Source of the DNA: Candidatus Sericytochromatia bacterium
GTDB lineage: Bacteria; Cyanobacteriota; Sericytochromatia; S15B-MN24; UBA4093
Reading direction: 5' to 3'
Length of the DNA stretch: 64,000 nucleotides
NCBI GenBank assembly: GCA_036676985.1
Contig: JAKFBU010000061.1
Location: 37,632-101,631, forward strand
In this document: piece after piece, positions 8,154 through 16,069 of the stretch
Position numbering within the stretch: the stretch's first letter is position 1
Layout: every line of letters starts with the position of its first letter
Program-made: the position numbers and the translations under genes
Notes under the pieces: model-generated
Seen by the model: only the letters and a program-made list of their open reading frames with translations
What the model was told of the DNA's origin: nothing
The model's database searches: none

Positions 8154-9758
8154 ATGGAGCACGCGATGACGCCTGCCGATTCATGGCATGTCATGAAACG
8201 CTTGGCGGCCTTGCACCTCGAGTCCAGCGGAGTCGAGGAACTGGCCCAAGCCTTGTTGGATGAGCTGCTGGCTATCTCGGGTGCCTCGGAGGGCCAGATC
8301 CTGCTGGCCTCGGATCTCCGCATCCTGGCCGGCCGTCCGGCCGATCGCAGCGATCGCTTCTCGCTCGGCATCGCCCTGGATGCGGTCGCCGACGCCGAGG
8401 TCCATTGGGAAGAGGCGGTCGACTCCTGCGTGGGCTGCTTCCCGCTCGTCCTGCGCGACGGCGTGTACGCCCTGGTGCTCCTGGGCTTTTCGACCCCCCG
8501 ACCGGCCGGGTGCGACGCGGAGCTTGCGCCCCTCCTGCCCTTCGTGACCCTCGCCCTTTCCCAGCGCGAGCTCGAGGTCGCCGTCGTGGAGCGCGATGCC
8601 CAGCTCGCGGACCTCGGCGCGCGCTACGACGACGCCATGCAGCGGGCCGTCACCGACGGCCTGACGGGGCTCATCAACCACACCCACTTCAAGGAGCTGT
8701 TGGGCCTCGAGGTCGGCCGCAGCAAGCGCTACGGCAACCAGCTGACCATGCTGGTGCTCGACATCGACTACTTCAAGAAGATCAACGACACCTACGGCCA
8801 CCTCATGGGCGACGTGGTGATCCGCCGCATCGCCCAGGCCCTCAAGGGCCAGGTCCGGGACTGCGACATCGTCGCGCGCTACGGCGGCGAGGAGTTCGCG
8901 GTCCTCTTGCCCCAGACCGACCTCAAGGGCGCCTACATCGTGGCCGAACGCATCCGGCAGCGGGTGCGGGACATGGTCTTCCAGACCGAGGACCGGGACC
9001 CCATCCCGGCGGTCACCATCTCCATCGGCGTCAGCCAGATGCGCAAGCCCGACACCGTCACCACCTTCATCGAGCGGGCCGATCAGGCCCTCTACCGCGC
9101 CAAGCACGGCGGCCGCAACACCGTCTGCTGCGAGGACGAGACGCCCGTCCTCACGGAGATCCAGGAGCGGGCCCAGACCCAGCGCGTGGCCTTTTTGACG
9201 GCGGTGGCGGAGATGGCCACCGAGGTGGCCCTCAAGGACGCCTACCGCTCGGATTATGCCGACCAGCTGACGGCCCTCGCCCAGACCTTCGGGGCGGCCG
9301 TGGGCCTCTCGCCCCACCAGCAGCACGACCTCATCATGGCGGCCGGCCTGCACCACATCGGCAAGATCGCCCTGCCCGTCGAGATCCTCGCCAAGAGCGA
9401 AGCCCTCGACGAGCAGGAGTGGGCCCTGGTCAAGGCCCATCCCCAGCTCTCCCAGCAGCTGATCGGCCAGATCGCAGGCATGGGCTCGGTCTCCGAGGCC
9501 ATCCTGTATCACCACGAGCGCTGGGACGGCAAGGGCTATCCCTATGGCCTCAAGGGCGAGCAGATCCCCCTGGTCTCGCGGGTGCTGGCGGTCATCGATT
9601 GCTACATCGCCATGGTCAACGATCGCCCCTACCGCAAGGCCCTGAGCATCGAGGCCGCACGGTCGGCCATCCAGGACGGGCGCGGCACCCAGTTCGATCC
9701 GGCGATCGTCGATGCCTTCCTCGGCGTCCTGGAGGAAGCCGAGCCGATCGGCACCTAG
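8154..9758 (+). CDS. Diguanylate cyclase (GGEEF) fused to a degenerate HD-GYP domain, with GAF-like N-terminus
   Basis: DGLTGLINH, DIDYFKKINDTYGH, RDCD I-site then RYGGEEF; LHHIGKI, HHERWDGKGYP, RPYRKAL. Confidence 0.92.
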   Translation: MEHAMTPADSWHVMKRLAALHLESSGVEELAQALLDELLAISGASEGQILLASDLRILAGRPADRSDRFSLGIALDAVADAEVHWEEAVDSCVGCFPLVLRDGVYALVLLGFSTPRPAGCDAELAPLLPFVTLALSQRELEVAVVERDAQLADLGARYDDAMQRAVTDGLTGLINHTHFKELLGLEVGRSKRYGNQLTMLVLDIDYFKKINDTYGHLMGDVVIRRIAQALKGQVRDCDIVARYGGEEFAVLLPQTDLKGAYIVAERIRQRVRDMVFQTEDRDPIPAVTISIGVSQMRKPDTVTTFIERADQALYRAKHGGRNTVCCEDETPVLTEIQERAQTQRVAFLTAVAEMATEVALKDAYRSDYADQLTALAQTFGAAVGLSPHQQHDLIMAAGLHHIGKIALPVEILAKSEALDEQEWALVKAHPQLSQQLIGQIAGMGSVSEAILYHHERWDGKGYPYGLKGEQIPLVSRVLAVIDCYIAMVNDRPYRKALSIEAARSAIQDGRGTQFDPAIVDAFLGVLEEAEPIGT

Positions 9759-9882
9759 CGGCCCCCCCGGGGCGGTTTTGCAGAACCCCTCAAGAACTTC
9801 GTGGGCTTGTTGTTTTGGAAGTCCCTTCGGTTCTCTATCATGCGGTCATCCCTCGATTGCCTGATAGAGCCGGAGCCTCCCC

Positions 9883-11211
9883 ATGCAGATCTTCATGTTG
9901 GGACTCGACCACCGCAAGGCCCCCGTCGACGTGCGCGGCCGGGCCGCCTTCCTTCTGGATGACCGGGCGGCGGACTTCGCCAGTCTGCTGCGGCGGCCGG
10001 GCCTGCTGGAGGCGGTCATCCTCTCGACGTGCAACCGCACGGAGCTCTACGTGGTCGGCGCCGACCCCGACAGCGGGCCCTCGGCCCTCACGCAGGCGCT
10101 CGTCGAGCGCAAGGGCCTCGCGAGCGACGAGATCGATCGGTACTTCACATGCATGTTCCAGGAGGAGGCGGCCGGACACCTGTTCCGGGTCGCCGCCGGC
10201 CTCGAGTCCCTGATCCTCGGCGAGGGTCAGATCCTCTCCCAGGTCAAGGAGGCCCTCGCCTCCGCCCAGGCCCATCAGGCCTGCGGGGCCATCCTCGATG
10301 CCTTGTTCCGCCGGGCCCTGTCGGCCGGCAAGCGCGCGCGTACCGAGACGGGGATCGCCAAAGGGGCGGTCTCGGTGGCAGGGGCTGCCGTGGAGCTCGC
10401 CCGCGACGCCCTGGGCTCGTTCCAGGGGCGCTCGGTCCTCGTGCTCGGGACGGGCAAGATCGGCGAGGTGGCCGCCCGGCACCTCTCGGCGGCCGGGCTC
10501 TCCGCCCTCTACCTCGCCAACCGGACCCGCGAGAGCGCCCTGGAGCTGGCCGGGCGCGTGAAGGGCGAGGCGATCGCCTTCCATGACCTCGGCAGCGTGC
10601 TGGATCGGGTGGACGTCCTCTTGTGCTGCACCGGCGCTCCCCATCACGTCCTCGAGGCCTCGGACCTCATACCGGTGATCGAGCGGAGGAGGGGAAAGCC
10701 CTTGCTCCTCATCGACGTCTCGGTGCCCCGCAACCTGGATCCCCGGATCGCCCGCCTCGAAGGCTGCCGCTTGTGCGACCTGGACGACCTGCACGAGGTC
10801 GCCGAGCGCAACCGGGGAGAGCGGGCGTCGCTCCTGCCCGCCGTCGAGGGGATCCTCGCCGCGGAGCTCGCGGCGTTCCTCGCATGGCGTCAGAGCTACC
10901 AGGTGGCGCCCACCATCACCTCCTTGCGCTGCAAGCTCGCCGAGCTTCGCGAGCAGGAGCTCGAGCGGTTCTGGGCGCGCCACGGGGGCCGCTTCTCGGT
11001 CGAGCAGCGCCCGCTGGTCGGCGAGCTGATCGAGGGCCTCTTCGACAAGCTGCTGCATGCCCCGTTCGCCCACCTCAAGGGGATGAGCGGCCAAGAGCAG
11101 CAGCACGTCGCCCGCGCCCTGGAGACGCTCTTCGAGCTCAGCGTCGAGGACCTCGCGGCCCGTCACCAACGCCGGCTCGCGGAGCGGCGCAACGCCACCC
11201 CCGGATGCTGA
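9883..11211 (+). CDS. hemA: Glutamyl-tRNA reductase
   Basis: LSTCNRTELY catalytic motif, GLESLILGEGQILSQVK, GTGKIG, DVSVPRNLDP. Confidence 0.95.
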   Translation: MQIFMLGLDHRKAPVDVRGRAAFLLDDRAADFASLLRRPGLLEAVILSTCNRTELYVVGADPDSGPSALTQALVERKGLASDEIDRYFTCMFQEEAAGHLFRVAAGLESLILGEGQILSQVKEALASAQAHQACGAILDALFRRALSAGKRARTETGIAKGAVSVAGAAVELARDALGSFQGRSVLVLGTGKIGEVAARHLSAAGLSALYLANRTRESALELAGRVKGEAIAFHDLGSVLDRVDVLLCCTGAPHHVLEASDLIPVIERRRGKPLLLIDVSVPRNLDPRIARLEGCRLCDLDDLHEVAERNRGERASLLPAVEGILAAELAAFLAWRQSYQVAPTITSLRCKLAELREQELERFWARHGGRFSVEQRPLVGELIEGLFDKLLHAPFAHLKGMSGQEQQHVARALETLFELSVEDLAARHQRRLAERRNATPGC

Positions 11212-11238
11212 GCGCCCGCGCCGATCGGCGCGGGCGCT
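11211..11238 (+). terminator. Hairpin after hemA
   Basis: AGCGCCCGCGCCGA-TCGGCGCGGGCGCT inverted repeat directly at the stop codon. Confidence 0.65.
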
Positions 11239-11499
11239 CTTACGTTTGGCCAACAAACCTTGTTCACGGGCGGCCGGAACCCTCGGCTGCCCGCTCTTGC
11301 GTTCGCCTGCTCGAACCGCGCCCGGGAGCCCGCCTTGAGGGTCAAAGCGACGATCGCGCTCCGCTGTTTTGGCCATTCAAATAACCGGGCGTTTTTATAT
11401 CATGCCGGGGTGTGCTCGACCGCTTGCAGAAGGTGAGCTGCGGCGGCGAAGGTTAGAGAGGTGGCTGCCGCCCAGCGGCGACCAGAGAGGTGTGTGCGC

Positions 11500-12915
11500 A
11501 TGCGAACCCCCAGAACGCGCCATGTGGTAGGAGCCTTGCTCCTATCCAGCATGGCCCTGTCCCTCATCGGATGTCAGCTGAAACCAGGAACGACGGTCGA
11601 TCCGACCGGCCGGGTGGGTGCGGCCAAGGCCGACAAGAATCCCGCCGTCACGGCCCTCGACTACAAGAAGACGCTCGTCATCACGGACTTGAGCGTCGTC
11701 GACGACCCGGCCCGGACCACGGGCATGGGCCCCTGGACCTTCGGGTCGCTCATGACCAAGATGGCCGGCAAGCAGGACCCCGAGCAGTTCGTCCGCCACT
11801 GGATCGACCGCTGGATGGTCGACGAGGTGGTCAACGGCGAGACGATCCCCAAGCGTCAGTCCATCAAGGCCCTGATCCTCGATCCGTGGCCCCGGATCCC
11901 CGGCACGGACAAGCTCGATCTCAGCAAGAGCCCGTTTAGGCTGCTCGCCATCACCAACCGCCTGGATCTCCGCAAGGTGGGCAACGCCGGCGAGGGCCGC
12001 TTCGTGTTCTGCGTGCTCGACAGCACCGGGAAAAAGACGCTCTTCAACGTGATCTTCGAGTACGGCATCCCCCTGCACGTAGCGCTCGGCGAGAAGTTCA
12101 AGAAGGACGGCGACAAGTACACGCCCCACGAGCGCATGTCGGCCGTCTCCGAGTGGGCCAAGAAGTGGCAGAAGCTCTCCAACATTCCCTACGGCCCCGG
12201 TTTCAACGCCGAGCTCCAGAAGATCACGGATGCCTTCTCGGGCGCCAATGCAGACCCCCGCAAGCCCAACGGCAGCTCCCTCAACCAGCTGCGCACCAAC
12301 GAGATCGAGCTGGGCATCCGGGGCGCCTTCGGCCCGGGCGGCTTCGACCCCACCAAGCTCCTGCCCTGGGAGCTGCGTGAGTTCCACATCGGCACCAACG
12401 GCATGCTCAACTCGGCAACCGTGGCCCTCACCCCGCCCGCCAGCAAGAACAACACCCAGGAGCTTGCGGACTACATCAACCAGAACGAGGCGGCGATTCT
12501 GGCTGAGGAGCACGTGCTCCCCGCGAGCCTGCAGGGCGGCGTGGCCCCCGTGCCGGGTGCTTTCGGCGAGCCGTCGATCGTCTGGAACGGCCCCGGCATC
12601 CGCAACCCCGAGGCCCGCTTCAAGTTCTCGCTCAACACCTGCAACGGCTGCCACTTCGCGGAGGGCGGCCTCAACCAGAACCTGACGCCGGGCATCGCCT
12701 TCCTGCAGATCCGGCCGCGCGACGCCGGGCAGGAGGCCGTCCTCTCGACGTTCATGACGGGCAACTCGCTGCCCGACCCGATCAACACCAACATCGTGCG
12801 CCAGGTCAACGACGTCCAGCGCCGCATGGACGACTACCACACGGTGCTCACCTGGAAGAAGGACAGCGTGCCCTCGCGGAAGATGGAAGCTCCCTACCCG
12901 GCCCGCGTCCACTAG
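11500..12915 (+). CDS. Uncharacterised lipoprotein with one CxxCH (putative c-type cytochrome)
   Basis: Basic N-terminus, hydrophobic stretch and LIGC lipobox; NTCNGCH near the C-terminus; strong coding bias. Confidence 0.75.
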   Translation: MRTPRTRHVVGALLLSSMALSLIGCQLKPGTTVDPTGRVGAAKADKNPAVTALDYKKTLVITDLSVVDDPARTTGMGPWTFGSLMTKMAGKQDPEQFVRHWIDRWMVDEVVNGETIPKRQSIKALILDPWPRIPGTDKLDLSKSPFRLLAITNRLDLRKVGNAGEGRFVFCVLDSTGKKTLFNVIFEYGIPLHVALGEKFKKDGDKYTPHERMSAVSEWAKKWQKLSNIPYGPGFNAELQKITDAFSGANADPRKPNGSSLNQLRTNEIELGIRGAFGPGGFDPTKLLPWELREFHIGTNGMLNSATVALTPPASKNNTQELADYINQNEAAILAEEHVLPASLQGGVAPVPGAFGEPSIVWNGPGIRNPEARFKFSLNTCNGCHFAEGGLNQNLTPGIAFLQIRPRDAGQEAVLSTFMTGNSLPDPINTNIVRQVNDVQRRMDDYHTVLTWKKDSVPSRKMEAPYPARVH

Positions 12916-12931
12916 CCCTGACACGACTGAT

Positions 12932-12959
12932 GACCCCCGTCTCGTTCGAGACGGGGGTC
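12932..12959 (+). terminator. Intrinsic terminator-like hairpin
   Basis: GACCCCCGTCTCG-tt-CGAGACGGGGGTC followed by TTGTG. Confidence 0.7.
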
Positions 12960-12999
12960 TTGTGCTGCCCTCATGTCGCTGACATCCGGACGGCCTGCT

Positions 13000-13110
13000 C
13001 TGGACCCCCGCGTTCGCGAGGGTGACGGGAGCGCCGACCTGGCGCTGAAGGGGGCATGGACTCATGCCTGAATCGGCGCTCCCGTCATTCCCGCGGAAGC
13101 GGGAATCCAG
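13000..13110. repeat. Composite REP/dRS3-like element, copy B
   Basis: CTGGACCCCCGCGTTCGCGAGGGTGACGGGAGCGCCGA...GGCGCTCCCGTCATTCCCGCGGAAGCGGGAATCCAG, 111 bp like copy A. Confidence 0.85.
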
Positions 13111-13138
13111 CGTCGGCTCTCCCGGTGGTGGGGCCCCC

Positions 13139-14494
13139 CTAGCGCGCAGGCGTCCGCAGGAAGCGGGCGGGGACGTCGAGGTAGTCCTCCCGGTTGCGCT
13201 GCAGGACGTTGCCCGAGAGGAAGAGCTTGGTCTTGCGATCGCTGTGCCAGCGGATGGCCGCCTCTTGCCCCTCGGGATCGCGGTGGGCGTTGTTCGTGAG
13301 CGTGTTGCCGGTGATGGTCGCGTCGTCCGAGTCGAAGAGGTAGATGCCGCTCCGGCCGTAGCCCTCGATGAGGTTGCCCTCGATCCGCCAGCCGTCGCAG
13401 TTCTGATTGAGCATCAGCGCCCGGCCCGTGCCCTTCTTGAAGGTGTTGCCAATGAGCGCGATCCCCCTGGTCGCCTGCTTGGCCCCGTAGCCCTGGAGCC
13501 CCGTCTCGCCGCCCTCGATCACGTTGCCCTGGAAGAGGCAGTCGTTGGACTTGTCGATGGAGACGCCCATCTGGGCGGCCGTCACGTGGTTGGCGAGCAC
13601 CTGCACGTCCGTGCCGTAGACCACCTCGAGCCCGTAGCGGGGCGGGGTGCCGTTGCGGGCGCCGTCGACGACGTTGTGCCGGATGACGCCCGCCGAGCCG
13701 TCGAAGGAGATGCGGGCCGTGAGCTGGTTGTACTCGACGGTCCCCGAGCAGTTGCTCCAGAGCTCGATGCCGAGGGCCTCGCCCCGGATCTTGCGGATGT
13801 CGTTGCGGGTGACGTGGAGGTCCTGGCAATCGTTGTGGGCGTTGATGCCCGCTCGGCTGGCGTTCTCGATGCGGTTGTCGGTGATGAGGGCCTCGGATGA
13901 GCCCCAGCCGAGCGTGATGGCCGTGCCCCACTTGTCGCCCGGGTTGCCGATGTCGTGGAGGTAGTTGCCGATGATCGCGGCCTGGTCCACGTTCTTCTGG
14001 AGCTCGATGCCGTTGGCGTCTTTGCCCGTGTTCTTGATCTCGCACTGGTAGATGCCCACGCGCTCGGAGTCGGCGGCCAGGATGACCTGCGAGAGCTTGT
14101 CGCGCTTGAGGGCATCCAGGACGAGCCGGGTCAAGGAGACGTCGTGGCAGCCCGTGACGGCGAACATGGAGCCCTCTCCCACGCCCTTGAGGACCGTCTG
14201 GCCCTCGGCGCCCATCAGGTGGACGTTGCTCTTGAGCTGGATCGGGCGCTCGAGCCGGAAGACGCCCTCGGGCAGCACGAGGATGCCGCCCTCCTCAGGC
14301 AGCTCGTCGATGGCCGACTGGAGGGCCTCGCCGGGGGCCACATCGGGCAGCGAAAGCTGGATCATCGGCAAGTCGGACGGCAGCCGGGGGATCGGCAGCT
14401 GCCCGGGAAAGCCCAGGGGCGAGAACGGGCTGCAGCCCAGGGACAGGACCAGGCACCCGAGCAGGCTGGCTGTGAGGCGGCGACGTGGCGACAT
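13139..14494 (-). CDS. Right-handed parallel beta-helix (pectin-lyase-like) lipoprotein, paralog 1
   Basis: SLGC lipobox; LQSAIDEL...GGILVLPEGVF...LKSNVHL cap motif; repeated IxxNxI/GI strands. Confidence 0.85.
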   Translation of the reverse strand: MSPRRRLTASLLGCLVLSLGCSPFSPLGFPGQLPIPRLPSDLPMIQLSLPDVAPGEALQSAIDELPEEGGILVLPEGVFRLERPIQLKSNVHLMGAEGQTVLKGVGEGSMFAVTGCHDVSLTRLVLDALKRDKLSQVILAADSERVGIYQCEIKNTGKDANGIELQKNVDQAAIIGNYLHDIGNPGDKWGTAITLGWGSSEALITDNRIENASRAGINAHNDCQDLHVTRNDIRKIRGEALGIELWSNCSGTVEYNQLTARISFDGSAGVIRHNVVDGARNGTPPRYGLEVVYGTDVQVLANHVTAAQMGVSIDKSNDCLFQGNVIEGGETGLQGYGAKQATRGIALIGNTFKKGTGRALMLNQNCDGWRIEGNLIEGYGRSGIYLFDSDDATITGNTLTNNAHRDPEGQEAAIRWHSDRKTKLFLSGNVLQRNREDYLDVPARFLRTPAR

Positions 14495-14522
14495 GGAGCT
14501 CTCCGTTCGGGAAGGGACCTCC

Positions 14523-14555
14523 GCATGTCATCACGATCGGCGCTCGCTTGGTAGG
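14523..14555 (-). promoter_or_regulatory. Bipartite upstream motif shared with 15952-15984
   Basis: Minus strand CCTACCAA-N13-GTGATGACATGC. Confidence 0.5.
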
Positions 14556-14575
14556 TTGCCCGCGGCCAAGCTTTT

Positions 14576-15925
14576 TTACCGATCGGGCAGGAACCAGGGC
14601 AGGATCTCGCCGTAGGGGATCGGGTTGTCGGCGAGGGTGTTGCCGGAGAGGACGAGCCGGGTCTTGCGATCGCTGTTCCAGTAGATGGCGGCCTCGCCTT
14701 GGCTCGACTGCTGGCAGGTCCGGCGCAGGGTGTTGCCGGTGATGGTCGCGTCGTCGGTGCCGAAGAGGTAGATGCCGCTCTTGCCGTAGCCCTCGATGAG
14801 GTTGCCCTCGATGGTCCAGCCGTCGCAGTTCTGGTTGAGCATCATGGCCCGGCCCGAGCCGTTCCGGAAGGTGTTGCCGAGGACGGCGTTGCTGCGCGCG
14901 GGCGCGTTGGCGCCGTAGCCCTGCAGACCGGTCTCGCCGCCGTCGATCACGTTGCCCTGGAAGAGGCAGTTGTTGCTCTTGACCAGGGAGAGGCCCATCC
15001 GGGCCCCCGTGACCCGGTTGTCCAGGACCTGCACGGCGTCGCCCGCGACCACCTCGATGCCGTACTTGGGCGGGGTGGGGTTCCAGGCGCCGTTGACCTC
15101 GTTGTGCCGGATGACGCCCGCCGAGCCGTCGAAGGAGATCCAGCTCGCGACCTGGTTGTGCTCGACGGTCCCCGAGCAGTTGCTCCACAGCTCGATGCCG
15201 AGGCCCTCGCCGCCCAGCTGGCGGACGTCGTTGCGGGCGACGTAGAGGTTCGTGCAATCGTTGTGGGCGTTGATGCCCGCGCGGCTGGCCCGCTCGATCC
15301 GGTTGTCGGTGATGACGGCGTCCGACGAGCCCCAGCCGAGCGTGATGCCGGTGCCCCACTTGTCGCCCGCATCACCGATGTCGTGGAGGTAGTTGCCGAT
15401 GAGCTGGGCCTCGTCCACGTCCTTCTGGAGCTCGATGCCGTGGGCGTCGGCGCCGGTGTTCTTGATCTCGCAGTTGAACACGCCGAGGCGCGCGGAGTGG
15501 GTGGCGACGAAGGCGCGCTGGAGGTTGCCGTTCTCGTTGGCGTCGAGCACCAGGTGGCGGATCGTGACGTCCGTGCAGTTGGCCGCGTCGAGGATGGTGC
15601 GGTTTCCCGCCCCCACGAGCACGGTCTGGCCGGGGACGCCCACCAGGTGGACGTTGCTCTTGAGGAAAACCTGGGTCTCGAGCTTGAAGATCCCCTCCGG
15701 CAGGTAGAGGATGCCGCCTGCCGGGCCCAGGCGATCGATGGCGTCCTGGAGCTCGGCTCCCGGCGACCAGCTCAGGGAGACCTGGACCGAGCGCAGGCCG
15801 CTCGGCAGCTCGGGGATCCGGATCTCGGTGGCTTCGGCCGCGCTCTCGATCGGCATGAGCCCGGCGTGCTGGCATCCGAACACCACGAGCCCCAGGCAGA
15901 CGGTGCCGATGGCGAGTCGTTTCAT
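14576..15925 (-). CDS. Right-handed parallel beta-helix lipoprotein, paralog 2
   Basis: ATG at 15925 after GAGGAGG; VFGC lipobox; core nearly colinear with paralogs 1 and 3 (GLGIELWSNCSGTVE, NQNCDGW). Confidence 0.85.
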   Translation of the reverse strand: MKRLAIGTVCLGLVVFGCQHAGLMPIESAAEATEIRIPELPSGLRSVQVSLSWSPGAELQDAIDRLGPAGGILYLPEGIFKLETQVFLKSNVHLVGVPGQTVLVGAGNRTILDAANCTDVTIRHLVLDANENGNLQRAFVATHSARLGVFNCEIKNTGADAHGIELQKDVDEAQLIGNYLHDIGDAGDKWGTGITLGWGSSDAVITDNRIERASRAGINAHNDCTNLYVARNDVRQLGGEGLGIELWSNCSGTVEHNQVASWISFDGSAGVIRHNEVNGAWNPTPPKYGIEVVAGDAVQVLDNRVTGARMGLSLVKSNNCLFQGNVIDGGETGLQGYGANAPARSNAVLGNTFRNGSGRAMMLNQNCDGWTIEGNLIEGYGKSGIYLFGTDDATITGNTLRRTCQQSSQGEAAIYWNSDRKTRLVLSGNTLADNPIPYGEILPWFLPDR

Positions 15926-15951
15926 GACGTGCCCCTCCTCATCCCTCTCTT

Positions 15952-15984
15952 GCATGTCACCACAGGCGACCCAGGGTTGATAGG
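15952..15984 (-). promoter_or_regulatory. Bipartite upstream motif shared with 14523-14555
   Basis: Minus strand CCTATCAA-N13-GTGGTGACATGC. Confidence 0.5.
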
Positions 15985-16017
15985 CTGGAGCGGCCGAAGA
16001 TCCCCGGCGGACGCATG

Positions 16018-16057
16018 GCAACAGCCCGCCGGGGTGTGGGACCCGGCGGGCTGTTGC
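16018..16057 (-). terminator. Hairpin after beta-helix paralog 3
   Basis: GCAACAGCCCGCCGGG...CCCGGCGGGCTGTTGC, 16-bp stem. Confidence 0.65.
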
Positions 16058-16069
16058 TTGCCTGCTTGC

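Noticed and set aside
11240-11499. Possible riboswitch upstream of the CxxCH lipoprotein (also checked 46297-46510 and 38977-39110)
   Set aside because: No recognisable c-di-GMP, cobalamin, TPP, SAM or other aptamer core by eye; an Rfam scan would be needed to exclude one
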